Shown: positions 27,401 to 36,515, numbered from the stretch's first letter. The stretch is 64,000 nt of DNA from an uncultured Pseudomonadota bacterium (GCA_964568625.1 CAZMQG010000003.1:44166-108165), one strand, 5' to 3'. The notes: generated by a model not told the origin, from the letters alone. A program made the numbers and translations.

Positions 27401-28659
27401 TAACTTACTTTCGTGCTAGCGTTATTACCCGTGTTTTGACTCATGTTATAAACCCACACACTAAGCTTAAAAATAGCTGGGGTTAACAGAGCCATATTTA
27501 ATAGAACCTGCCACTGCGCAAAATGTTTGCGTTTATTAGACTCCCAAAATGCAAATGAGCATTGTTGCATACTTTCCAAAATATGCTCAATCTCTTTTTC
27601 TGATACTTTTTGTTTTTCCAAATCGTTGCTGGATAATTTTTCTAAAACAGATATTAAGTTCTTTCTGTTTGAAACCAGATAACTAAAAAGTATTGGCTTA
27701 TAAATATTCTTGTTTGCCCACCAAACAAAGACACTTGCAAAGGCAATGCGCCGGGCCAAGTCAAATTTATTACCCATAACCCATCCAGGAATGATCTCGT
27801 ATTCACACAAAAATGATGTTGCAATATCCAGAACGGTAGTTTGAACTAAATCAAAATCAAGTCCAGCTAAAGATTTACCATTTAAAAATTCCGTCAATGA
27901 ATGATCAATTGGAGCCTTATTTTTATTGCAAAGAATATTAGCAAACGCAAAATCTACTAAATTCTGTTTAAACATAGAATTTAAGCAATAATAATTTTGT
28001 GCACGATAAATTACGTTTGTTGATGCGACAAATACTGCTATTGCTTGAAAATATTTAAGCCTACTGGTACGCACAACTTTACCAACAATATTTTCTATTT
28101 CTAGCGCATATTTCTCCGCTTCTTCGCCATTTTTTTGCGCAATTGATATATCAAAACTTTTAAGTATTTCCAAAAATTCTTTTGGCTCTTGCAAACAAAT
28201 GTCTCTTAATGAAGTTTGCATAGAGTTGCAAAGCATTTTAAAAAAAATAAAATCTACAATCCACTGACTTGAGACAGCAAGCAGCAACATCCAATCTCTA
28301 TTGCAAATGTTTATTTGAATTCCATTTTCATTAATTGGCAAATTTACGCCAACAAGAACCTTACGGTTAAACTGTTCTTGTTGTTCAATGCGATTTTTTT
28401 CTTTATTTAAAATTTTGTCTGTAAATTCGGATGCTGAGTATTTTTCACTGAGCTCATCACAACGCACCAAAAACTCTGGCTGAGTATATTTTTCGCAAAG
28501 CGTATCATAATATTCCAGCCTTGGAGCTAAATTTGCAGCAAATAGAAATATGGTTGATAAATTTACCCATAAAAAAACTGTCATCAACCAAAAAAAATAT
28601 AGTATTACTTTTTTATTCTTTAAAGCACACACAATAAATCCATCCCACCCAAAACTCAC
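27400..28659 (-). CDS. Hypothetical membrane protein translationally coupled to the ATAD3-like ATPase
   Basis: 419-aa ORF with an N-terminal TM segment (ILYFFWLMTVFLWVNLSTIFLF) and a C-terminal TM segment (VLLNMALLTPAIFKLSVWVY). Its TAA stop overlaps the downstream ATG (TAATG at 27398-27402). I recognise no domain. Confidence 0.7.
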   Translation of the reverse strand: MSFGWDGFIVCALKNKKVILYFFWLMTVFLWVNLSTIFLFAANLAPRLEYYDTLCEKYTQPEFLVRCDELSEKYSASEFTDKILNKEKNRIEQQEQFNRKVLVGVNLPINENGIQINICNRDWMLLLAVSSQWIVDFIFFKMLCNSMQTSLRDICLQEPKEFLEILKSFDISIAQKNGEEAEKYALEIENIVGKVVRTSRLKYFQAIAVFVASTNVIYRAQNYYCLNSMFKQNLVDFAFANILCNKNKAPIDHSLTEFLNGKSLAGLDFDLVQTTVLDIATSFLCEYEIIPGWVMGNKFDLARRIAFASVFVWWANKNIYKPILFSYLVSNRKNLISVLEKLSSNDLEKQKVSEKEIEHILESMQQCSFAFWESNKRKHFAQWQVLLNMALLTPAIFKLSVWVYNMSQNTGNNASTKVS

Positions 28660-28730
28660 TCAAAAAAACAGTGAAAGATTATGGTAGCATAGAATACCTT
28701 AAATTCAATGAATATCACTTAGAATTCAAC

Positions 28731-28765
28731 AAAAAAGGCCCTTGTAAAATTACAAAGGCCTTTTG
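28731..28765 (-). terminator. Rho-independent terminator after the 28959..29363 / 28800..28928 unit
   Basis: 13-bp stem with one mismatch: AAAGGCCCTTGTA (28734-28746) pairs with TACAAAGGCCTTT (28751-28763), with a 4-nt loop. The A6 run at 28731-28736 gives a U-tract on the minus-strand transcript. Confidence 0.6.
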
Positions 28766-28799
28766 AATAAGACATAATTCTAACTGAATTTTTACCTAT

Positions 28800-28928
28800 T
28801 TATTCATTCATAAAGTACGCCGCATACGACTTTAGAAGTCCCTCTCTTCCCGTCCCAGTCTTTGCCAAAAATGCAAGAGAACTAAAGCAAAAGACAAGAA
28901 ACAACACGAAAAATAGAAATTTCTTCAT
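28800..28928 (-). CDS. Possible small secreted peptide (42 aa)
   Basis: It falls below the ORF-track size cutoff. My translation is MKKFLFFVLFLVFCFSSLAFLAKTGTGREGLLKSYAAYFMNE*. An AAGGGAG RBS lies 7 nt upstream of the ATG. It sits between the stop of 28959..29363 and the terminator. Confidence 0.35.
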   Translation of the reverse strand: MKKFLFFVLFLVFCFSSLAFLAKTGTGREGLLKSYAAYFMNE

Positions 28929-28958
28929 GAAAAACTCCCTTAAAACTTATTCCGGGAA

Positions 28959-29363
28959 TTAGCTGCCCTTCTTCCTATGTATCATTGCCGCAATACCTAC
29001 TCCAAATAATGCAAGAAGTAACGCTGCTATAATTCCAAGAACAATAAATGTAAGCATACTTTTATACTCATTTTCACGTTGTTCAGACTTGATACGTTGT
29101 TCTTCTATTTTGCGCTCTAATTCTTTTTGTTCAAGCTTTCTTTCCAACTGGCTCACTTTTTCTTGATCACGTTCACGCTGCTCTTGCTCAAGTTTCTCTT
29201 CAACTCGATCACTTCTGTCCGATCTAGCGGATGCATGCCCAATCATCGTTCCTACAGCAAGCCCACCCAGAGCTCCCGCAACTGCAGCACCACCTTCATG
29301 CCCACATTTTACAGGTGAAACTAAAGCCAAAGCTGTAATTAATGCCAAAACTTTCTTTTCCAT
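28959..29363 (-). CDS. Glycine-zipper / coiled-coil protein with C-terminal TM anchor
   Basis: Leader MEKKVLALITALALVSPVKC. Gly zipper GGAAVAGALGGLAVGTMIG. An E/R/K/Q-rich helix (EEKLEQEQRERDQEKVSQLERKLEQKELERKIEEQRIK) follows, then a TM segment LTFIVLGIIAALLLALFGVGIAAMI. It resembles 16674..17222 in its first two modules. Confidence 0.7.
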   Translation of the reverse strand: MEKKVLALITALALVSPVKCGHEGGAAVAGALGGLAVGTMIGHASARSDRSDRVEEKLEQEQRERDQEKVSQLERKLEQKELERKIEEQRIKSEQRENEYKSMLTFIVLGIIAALLLALFGVGIAAMIHRKKGS

Positions 29364-29498
29364 AAATCCCCCCTAAACATAACCCTACCCAAACATGCTT
29401 AATTTTGGTTTCCCTTGTCTTTTATATTACGAGGGTGTAGAAATATTAGTCAATAATTATAAATTAAGCAGATCTTTACAAAGTAAAAAAGGAATTTT

Positions 29499-30737
29499 AT
29501 GAAAAATGTTATACAAGCATTGATTCAAAAAGAGTTAGAACGCCAAGAAGCAACAATAAATCTTATTGCATCAGAAAATTACGCAAGTAACGACGTATTA
29601 AACGCTGCTGGATCAGTTCTAACTAATAAATATGCTGAAGGATATCCCGGCAAACGTTACTATGGCGGATGCGAAATTATTGATCAAGTCGAAAATATTG
29701 CAATAGACTTGGCAAAAAAAATATTTAACGCTGATCATGCCAACGTTCAACCACACTCAGGATCATCTGCTAATTTTGGGGTTTATTTTAGCCAACTAAA
29801 AACAGGTGACACGATTTTGGGAATGAATCTTGCTGCAGGTGGACATTTAACCCATGGCCACAAAATAAACTTCTCCGGATCAATTTTTAACGCAATTGGT
29901 TATGGAGTTAACAAAGAAACGGAAGAGCTTGATTATGAAGAGATAGACCAGCTTGCAAGCAAACACAATCCAAAACTTATTATCGCGGGCACATCAGCCT
30001 ATTCAAGGCTTATTGACTATAAACGGCTTGAAGAGATTGCAAAAAAACATAATGCTAAACTTTTGATCGACATGGCTCATATTGCGGGATTAATTGCAGC
30101 CAAGCTTATTCCAAGCCCAGTACCTCATTCAGATTTTGTAAGCACCACCACACATAAAACATTGCGCGGCCCACGAGGTGGAATGATTTTATGTAAACAA
30201 CAACATGCCGCACAGATAGATAAAGCAATTATGCCCGGCATTCAAGGCGGACCTCTAATGCACATCATTGCAGCAAAAGCAGTGGCCTTTGAAGAGGCTT
30301 TAAAACCTGAATTCAAAACATATCAAGAACAGGTAATCAAAAATGCAAAAACCATGGCAAAAGCTTTTGCCGATCTTGGTTATAGAATTATTTCCGGCGG
30401 AACCGACACCCACCTATTTTTAGTTGATATTAAGAGTCATAAAGATTTTGGCAGTCAAATTTCCGGGCGAGATGTCGAAACGTTATTACAAACACATTGC
30501 AATATTATTTTAAATCGAAACATGATCCCGTTCGATACACAAAGCCCAACAAATCCAAGCGGAATACGCGTAGGCACACCTGCGGTTACAACCCGAGGTT
30601 TTAAAGAAAATGATATTATACAAGTAGTAGAATGGATTGATTTTGCAATTAAAAACAGAGAAAATGAAAACGCGCTTAAATCAATTAAAGAAAAAGTCAT
30701 GAAAATTTGTAAACAAAAACCAATTTATAAAAATTAA
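29499..30737 (+). CDS. glyA: Serine hydroxymethyltransferase
   Basis: The N-terminus is typical of SHMT (ELERQ...I.LIASENY.S..V..A.GS.LTNKYAEGYPGKRYYGGCE). The PLP-lysine region is VSTTTHKTLRGPRGG. Confidence 0.95.
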   Translation: MKNVIQALIQKELERQEATINLIASENYASNDVLNAAGSVLTNKYAEGYPGKRYYGGCEIIDQVENIAIDLAKKIFNADHANVQPHSGSSANFGVYFSQLKTGDTILGMNLAAGGHLTHGHKINFSGSIFNAIGYGVNKETEELDYEEIDQLASKHNPKLIIAGTSAYSRLIDYKRLEEIAKKHNAKLLIDMAHIAGLIAAKLIPSPVPHSDFVSTTTHKTLRGPRGGMILCKQQHAAQIDKAIMPGIQGGPLMHIIAAKAVAFEEALKPEFKTYQEQVIKNAKTMAKAFADLGYRIISGGTDTHLFLVDIKSHKDFGSQISGRDVETLLQTHCNIILNRNMIPFDTQSPTNPSGIRVGTPAVTTRGFKENDIIQVVEWIDFAIKNRENENALKSIKEKVMKICKQKPIYKN

Positions 30738-30752
30738 AATTCCATAAAAAAT

Positions 30753-30787
30753 AAAAAGGGCTGAAAAACTCAGCCCTTTTTATTTTT
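30753..30787. terminator. Bidirectional rho-independent terminator between convergent glyA and kdsA
   Basis: 11-bp stem: AAAAGGGCTGA (30754-30764) pairs with TCAGCCCTTTT (30770-30780), with loop AAAAC. T-runs follow it on both strands. Confidence 0.8.
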
Positions 30788-30793
30788 ATAAAT

Positions 30794-31636
30794 TTATGAA
30801 ACAACAGGAACCGGCTTTTGTTTAGCCCAAGCATCAAGCTCCATCAAATAAGTTAAGAAGCCTTCAAGCTCAGAAAGTCTAATCATATTCGGCCCATCAC
30901 TAAGTGCCGCTTCAGGATTGTCATGCACTTCCATAAAAAGTCCCGCAATCCCTTGCACAACAGCAGCTGCTGCAAGACTAGGAACGAAAATTCGGTCTCC
31001 ACCAGAAGCCATCCCCATTCCTCCAGGTCTTTGAACTGAATGCGTTGCATCGAAAACGATTGGTTTTCCCAAAGCCTTCATGATGAAAAAATTACGATAA
31101 TCTACAACCAAATTATTATAACCAAAAGTGTATCCGCGTTCGCAAATCCAAATATTTTTATTGCCTGCAGATTCAACTTTTTTAACAGCATGTTCTATTG
31201 ATTCGGCTGCAAGAAACTGACCTTTTTTGATATGAATCACCTTATCAGTTTGCCCGGCAGCAATCAAAAGATCAGTCTGTCTGCAAAGAAATGCAGGAAT
31301 TTGTAAAACATCTGCAAATTCTGCAGCTTTTTCTACCTGCCAACTTTCATGCACATCTGTAATAACCGGAATATCAAGCTCAGACCTAACCTTACCCAAA
31401 ATTCTCAATCCATCATCAATTCCACTGCCCCGATAATTCTTTAATGATGTACGATTTGCTTTGTCGTATGAACTCTTGAATACAAACTTAAAATTAAGCT
31501 TTAAAGAAAGCTTTTTTAAAGTTTCAGCAATTTTTAGTGTGTGATATTCGCCTTCAATAACACAGGGCCCTAAAATAAAAAATAGAGGCGTCGCATTAGA
31601 AATTTGGCCCTTAAGCCATGAAAATTCTTCTCTCAT
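30794..31636 (-). CDS. kdsA: 3-deoxy-8-phosphooctulonate (KDO-8-P) synthase
   Basis: KdsA-typical blocks: GPCVIE, FKSSYDKANRTS...YRG, VITDVHE, QIPAFLCRQTDL, NIWICERG..FGYNNLVVD, FDATHSVQ.PGG. Confidence 0.92.
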   Translation of the reverse strand: MREEFSWLKGQISNATPLFFILGPCVIEGEYHTLKIAETLKKLSLKLNFKFVFKSSYDKANRTSLKNYRGSGIDDGLRILGKVRSELDIPVITDVHESWQVEKAAEFADVLQIPAFLCRQTDLLIAAGQTDKVIHIKKGQFLAAESIEHAVKKVESAGNKNIWICERGYTFGYNNLVVDYRNFFIMKALGKPIVFDATHSVQRPGGMGMASGGDRIFVPSLAAAAVVQGIAGLFMEVHDNPEAALSDGPNMIRLSELEGFLTYLMELDAWAKQKPVPVVS

Positions 31637-31640
31637 AATT

Positions 31641-32201
31641 TTACTCCGGTTTTACTAGCCCATTTTGTTTACAAAATTCGTCTAAAAGACCATTAACAAA
31701 CTTATATGCGTCTTTTTCTGCAAATAGTTTTGCTAGCTCTACTGCCTCATTGATAACTATTGATGGAATTGGATCAGGTTGTGAAAGTTCCCATAAAGCG
31801 AGTCGTAATATTAAACGCGTACAACACCCAAGACGCTCCAGTTTCCAATTTTTAAGGAAGGGAACCATTTGGGAATCAAGCTCATCACGATTATCTGCAG
31901 CACCCTGAGCCATTTTAAAAGCAAACGAATTCTTTGGAATCACCAAATTAAATCCGCGTAAATAATTATCAGATACAGATTCCAAACTAACATCGTAATC
32001 AAACCGATCAAGCGCATAAATCAGTAAAAATGAAACTATACGTTCATCTTTTCGTGAATCAAGATTTATTTGCCTTAAATAATCCTCAATTTCAAACTCA
32101 GCTGCCTGCTCTTCCTGCTCCGTTAAGCCAGACTGCTCTTGTTCCAACTCCGCATCAACCGGAGTTGAGTTAAGATCATCTGTCTTAAAATTTTCATTCA
32201 T
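31641..32201 (-). CDS. nusB: Transcription antitermination factor NusB (with acidic N-terminal extension)
   Basis: The NusB core has RLALWEL and VINEAVELAK.F......KFVNGLLD. The first ~47 aa are D/E/Q-rich and additional to the usual ~140-aa NusB. Confidence 0.85.
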   Translation of the reverse strand: MNENFKTDDLNSTPVDAELEQEQSGLTEQEEQAAEFEIEDYLRQINLDSRKDERIVSFLLIYALDRFDYDVSLESVSDNYLRGFNLVIPKNSFAFKMAQGAADNRDELDSQMVPFLKNWKLERLGCCTRLILRLALWELSQPDPIPSIVINEAVELAKLFAEKDAYKFVNGLLDEFCKQNGLVKPE

Positions 32202-32235
32202 AAAACATCCACTTTTTTAAAGGCTTAGATAAAAC

Positions 32236-32814
32236 TTAGTCAACTTTTTCAATGTATTTATCGTCTCTAGTGTCGACCTTAATCTTTTGGCCTTCATTTA
32301 AAAAGAGAGGAACTTGAATTACTAGACCGGTTTCAAGCGTAGCGGGCTTTGATCCACCCTGAGCTGTATCGCCTTTAACACCTGGAACAGTTTCTTTAAT
32401 TTGCAATACCATAAAAATTGGTGGTTCAACTAAAATTGGTTTACCTTGAAAATTAATAACGTTGTATATTTCGCTATCTTTCAGATATTTTTTTACAGAT
32501 GTAACATGTTCCGCATCCAAATCAACTTGTTCATAAGTTTCTTTGTCCATGAAATGATACATTTGGCCATCTGAGTACAAAAATTGCATCTCTTTGTATT
32601 CCAAATCAGGTTCTGGAAATTTTTCGGCTGATCTAAATGTCTCTTCAAGCATTCTACCAGAGATCATATTTTTCATTTTGGTACGAAGATATGTACCACC
32701 TTTTCCCGGCTTTACAAGCTGGTAATCAACAATAACCCATGGTTCATTGTTCCAAAGTATCTTTGTAAAACCTTTTTTAAAATCCGAAGTTGAAATCACA
32801 ATTAAACCTTTCAT
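32236..32814 (-). CDS. efp: Elongation factor P
   Basis: EF-P blocks: VKPGKGGTYLRTKMKNMISG, F.Y.DG..YHFMD.ETYEQ, GD.AQGG.KPATLETG..I.VP.F. Confidence 0.93.
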   Translation of the reverse strand: MKGLIVISTSDFKKGFTKILWNNEPWVIVDYQLVKPGKGGTYLRTKMKNMISGRMLEETFRSAEKFPEPDLEYKEMQFLYSDGQMYHFMDKETYEQVDLDAEHVTSVKKYLKDSEIYNVINFQGKPILVEPPIFMVLQIKETVPGVKGDTAQGGSKPATLETGLVIQVPLFLNEGQKIKVDTRDDKYIEKVD

Positions 32815-32963
32815 TCTTCAAAATTAGCCAATAAGACGCCTTTAACCCCATTATTAATGGTAAGGCATTAACTTTAGCATAATAAATAAACAATGAAAAG
32901 ATCAGATTTCAAAGCCTTTACGACACTTTCAAACAAACAAAAACACTCAATCTGAAATTTAAT

Positions 32964-33488
32964 TTAAATATTACCCTTAAATTCAGCCACAATTTCTACA
33001 AGTTGTTCTATTATTTCTTCAACAGGAAGAATAAACTTGGCAAATGCCCCATTCATAACCAATTTTTTCGGCAATATAATAGCTGAATTTAAAATCCTAC
33101 CAGCCCTACATTTATCAATATTTAACGTATAGTAAGCGGATTCAAAACAATAAACAAGTTTAACTGAAATTAAAACTCTAAGAAAAGTATCTTCCGTCAT
33201 CTTTAAAATATACAAACCATGCCGCACATTCGTAACAATGGTGCCACAATCATCTTTAAAAATTGACCCATACAGTCCACCGAAAATAAACTCATCCCTT
33301 AAAATATTTATACTCGATGGCAATTCTGGAAAAACACCTAATTCTACTGAATCAATGGGCTTAATACTTTGCTTAGTATTAATAACATATTGAATATAAC
33401 TGTATCCCAAACTCATACATTGCACATTTAATTGAAAAAGAAAGCCTACAAAAAGTGCTCCAAAAAGACCTTGTAACTTGGTTGCCAT
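32964..33488 (-). CDS. Hypothetical secreted protein
   Basis: 174-aa ORF with a hydrophobic leader (LFGALFVGFLFQLNVQC). I recognise no family. It lies directly downstream of the WD40/zinc-finger gene. Confidence 0.55.
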   Translation of the reverse strand: MATKLQGLFGALFVGFLFQLNVQCMSLGYSYIQYVINTKQSIKPIDSVELGVFPELPSSINILRDEFIFGGLYGSIFKDDCGTIVTNVRHGLYILKMTEDTFLRVLISVKLVYCFESAYYTLNIDKCRAGRILNSAIILPKKLVMNGAFAKFILPVEEIIEQLVEIVAEFKGNI

Positions 33489-33512
33489 TGATCAATCCAG
33501 TATTAAGTAAAG

Positions 33513-34589
33513 TTAAAGTCCAAGAGACTTGCAATTTGGGCATATTAAACATGAACACTTACTAGCCCGATCTTTTTCAACAAGATCATCGCGTTCAACA
33601 CCACATTTGGAACACTTTGCAATTCCCAAAATCTCACAGATATGTCTATTAGATAGAACTCTGCCAAAATTCATAATTAAATTATTCCCATCCGTACTAA
33701 ACGCAGCAGCATTTGTAGAATAAAAACCACCAGTTAAATTTCTAAGACATTCACAATTTTTTGCATTCCACAATCTCGCAACTCCGTCTGCAACAGTTAC
33801 AAGTAAATTACCACTTGGATGCCAGGATATAGCACTAATTTCTTTTACATTTTCCTGCAAAGTCACAAAACGTTCAAACCTACAATCCTCACCTTTCTCG
33901 TATATCACAATTTTATTATTTGCCCCAATAGCAAGATATTTAGAATCAGAACTCCATGAAATACACGCAGAGCATTGTCCATTCCCATTAAATTTACAAA
34001 TCATCTGAACATTTTTTATTATTACATCTCCATTTTTAGTGCCATATGCAATATAGTTTCCACAGGGGCTCCACTGCAAAGATGTTATAGGAAACTGAGA
34101 AAAAGGAAGAATCTCCTGCTGAACCTCCACACTATTTAGACCCGCAATGCATACTCTATTTGACGCTGCAACAGCAATTCGGTCACCGGAACAATCAAAT
34201 GTTACCATTTCAATCGGACAATCAAATATCTTCAAAGTACGAATTTTCTCTTTATTTTCCACTTTGATTATTTCCACAGAGCCATCTTGCATACCATATG
34301 CAAGATGCGTTCCTGTTGATGCATCCGGACTAAACGCTACTACACCACTTGTATTTTTAAGCTGCAAAATAGGTCCATCAATCTTCTTTGAATGAAGCTT
34401 AAATACCTGCAAATTTCCATTATTAAAAGTTAAAGCATAGTATGTACTGTTCGGACCGATTGAAATTGAAGAAATAAGCCCAATATTTCTCCTCGGACTT
34501 GTGACCTCTTCTACAGCCATGCCAACCAAAAACGAATTTTGTATAAAAACACAAAAAAATAACATTGTTATTTTCTTCAAATTAACCAT
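33513..34589 (-). CDS. WD40-repeat protein with signal peptide and C-terminal Cys-rich zinc-finger-like tail
   Basis: Leader MLFFCVFIQNSFLVGMA. WD-like blades: VVAFSPDASTGTHLAYGMQDGSVEII, ITSLQWSPCGNYIAYGTKNGDVII, ISWSSDSKYLAIGANNKIVIY, ISAISWHPSGNLLVTVADGVARLWN. The tail is KCSKCG...KCSCLICPNCK. Confidence 0.8.
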   Translation of the reverse strand: MVNLKKITMLFFCVFIQNSFLVGMAVEEVTSPRRNIGLISSISIGPNSTYYALTFNNGNLQVFKLHSKKIDGPILQLKNTSGVVAFSPDASTGTHLAYGMQDGSVEIIKVENKEKIRTLKIFDCPIEMVTFDCSGDRIAVAASNRVCIAGLNSVEVQQEILPFSQFPITSLQWSPCGNYIAYGTKNGDVIIKNVQMICKFNGNGQCSACISWSSDSKYLAIGANNKIVIYEKGEDCRFERFVTLQENVKEISAISWHPSGNLLVTVADGVARLWNAKNCECLRNLTGGFYSTNAAAFSTDGNNLIMNFGRVLSNRHICEILGIAKCSKCGVERDDLVEKDRASKCSCLICPNCKSLGL

Positions 34590-34811
34590 CTGCTTCCTAT
34601 AAAATTAGCCTAAATTATTTACAAACTTAGTTCAGAACTCTAACTCTTTCGATATAAAAAAGCAAACATTAATCAGCTCACTAAAAAATTAAAAACTAAT
34701 CGATATAAATAAATTTCATGTAAAAAAACAAAATCTTGTTTAGCTGAACGATATTTTATACTCTCAAAAATCATAGCCACTATTAATCTTAATCATTGAA
34801 AGGCCGGTAAG

Positions 34812-35732
34812 ATGAAAAAATTAAATGTAAAAAATGTTAATATTCCACTAACAGTATCCACAAAAAACAAAAAAATTTATTTAAACAATTATTTAACAGC
34901 TACAAAAAATACCGGCCGTCTTTTTTTATTCGCAGGTGATCAAAAAATTGAACATCTTAATCAAGATTTTTATGGACCAAATATCTCAATTCAAAATGCC
35001 ACCCCAAAACATATGTTTGATATCGCAAGCAAAGGTAATATTGGCGTTTTTGCCACCCAGTTAGGACTGATTTCCAGATACGGCCAAGATTATCCGAAGA
35101 TTAATTACATTATAAAATTAAATGCAAAATCAAATATTGTCCCAGTCGAACAAAAAGATCCTGTTAGTCTTATGCTTACAACAGTTGACGAAGTTGTAGA
35201 ATTCCAAAAAAACTCAAAACTCAATATCGTTGGCGTTGGTTATACAATTTATTTGGGCAGCGAACATGAAGCTGTCATGTTAAGCCAAGCAGCACAAATC
35301 GTTTATCAGGCACATAAGCACGGATTACTTGCAATATTATGGATTTATCCACGAGGCAAATTCGTAAAAAAACAAACTTCTGCAGAAATCATTGCTGGAG
35401 CTGCGGGCGTTGGAGCTTGCCTAGGGGCAGATTTTATAAAAGTTAATCCACCCGAAGCAGACAGTATTTCACTTATGGGCAAGTTGCTAAAACAGGTAAC
35501 ATTAGCCGCAGGAAAATCCGGAATAATATGCTCCGGTGGAACAAAAGAAGATGCTAATTTTTTACTTGAAACACTTCATCAACAAATTCATATCGGTGGA
35601 GCAGTTGGAACGGCAATTGGCCGAAATTTACATCAACGAGATTTAAATACTGCCATAAAACTTTCAAATGCCATATCAGCAATATTATTTGAAAACGCAG
35701 ACGTAAAAACAGCAAAAAACTTGCTAAAATAG
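34812..35732 (+). CDS. Class I fructose-bisphosphate aldolase, DhnA/FbaB (DeoC/LacD) family
   Basis: TIM-barrel aldolase blocks: FLFAGDQKIEH, Y.GSEHE, a Schiff-base lysine context GADFIKVN, SGG and GRN. The family call is reasonably firm but the exact substrate is less certain. Confidence 0.75.
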   Translation: MKKLNVKNVNIPLTVSTKNKKIYLNNYLTATKNTGRLFLFAGDQKIEHLNQDFYGPNISIQNATPKHMFDIASKGNIGVFATQLGLISRYGQDYPKINYIIKLNAKSNIVPVEQKDPVSLMLTTVDEVVEFQKNSKLNIVGVGYTIYLGSEHEAVMLSQAAQIVYQAHKHGLLAILWIYPRGKFVKKQTSAEIIAGAAGVGACLGADFIKVNPPEADSISLMGKLLKQVTLAAGKSGIICSGGTKEDANFLLETLHQQIHIGGAVGTAIGRNLHQRDLNTAIKLSNAISAILFENADVKTAKNLLK

Positions 35733-35744
35733 TGAGGATTTTAA

Positions 35745-36485
35745 ATGCTAAAACGAAGACTATCAGAGTATTTTAAATTTCTAAAAAGTTTGATAAAAAC
35801 CAATCTCCTACTTCTAAAAGGAATGTGGAAGCTCACAAAACTACCTCAACCTGCTATCACCGTGTTTGGAGGATCAAGAGTCCCACTTGAAGGAAAAGCT
35901 GCTCAAGATGCAAGAAAAATTGGATATCTGCTTGCACGAGAAGGATTTGCTATTATAACAGGGGGTGGCCCGGGAATAATGGAATCTGCAAACATGGGTG
36001 CTGTTGAATATGTTTCAGAAAATTTAAAATTTTGTAAGTTAAATGGCGAGGAAAGATGTAAGCCTCTCTTCATATCTGCCGGAATAAATTTAATCAAGTT
36101 AAATAAAGAACGAACAAACCCTTACGTTCAAGACAATATTATTACAGGACACTTTTTTGCAAGAAAGTGGCTTTTGGTAAGATATTCTGTTGGATTTGTA
36201 GTTTTTCCAGGGGGATTTGGAACAATGGATGAACTTTTTGAGATAATCACTCTAATCCAATGTAACAGAATGTCAAAAGTTCCTATTGTTTTAATGCATA
36301 AAGATTATTGGGCTCCATTGGAATTGTGGATCAGAACAAGAGCACTTGAAAACAATTTAATAAATCCTGAAGATATAAACATTATTTCCATAACAGATAG
36401 CGTAGAAGAGGCTGTAAATATTATAACCGCCCGTAGCAGAACGCATGCAGAATCTGTGCTACAAGACGAAACTACAAAGCGCTAA
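35745..36485 (+). CDS. LOG family (TIGR00730-type) Rossmann-fold nucleotide-binding protein
   Basis: Signature motifs ITGGGPGIMESANMGA and PGGFGTMDELFE. Confidence 0.85.
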   Translation: MLKRRLSEYFKFLKSLIKTNLLLLKGMWKLTKLPQPAITVFGGSRVPLEGKAAQDARKIGYLLAREGFAIITGGGPGIMESANMGAVEYVSENLKFCKLNGEERCKPLFISAGINLIKLNKERTNPYVQDNIITGHFFARKWLLVRYSVGFVVFPGGFGTMDELFEIITLIQCNRMSKVPIVLMHKDYWAPLELWIRTRALENNLINPEDINIISITDSVEEAVNIITARSRTHAESVLQDETTKR

Positions 36486-36515
36486 TCAACCCTTACCCAC
36501 TCATTTCGAATTTCT

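Noticed and set aside
25871-28659. The AAA+ ATPase plus unknown partner, considered as a two-gene anti-phage defence system.
   Set aside because: There is no nuclease, sensor, TIR/SIR2 or other effector domain. Both proteins are membrane-anchored and sit in an envelope or lipid neighbourhood, and the ATPase looks ATAD3-like rather than like defence-associated AAA clades.
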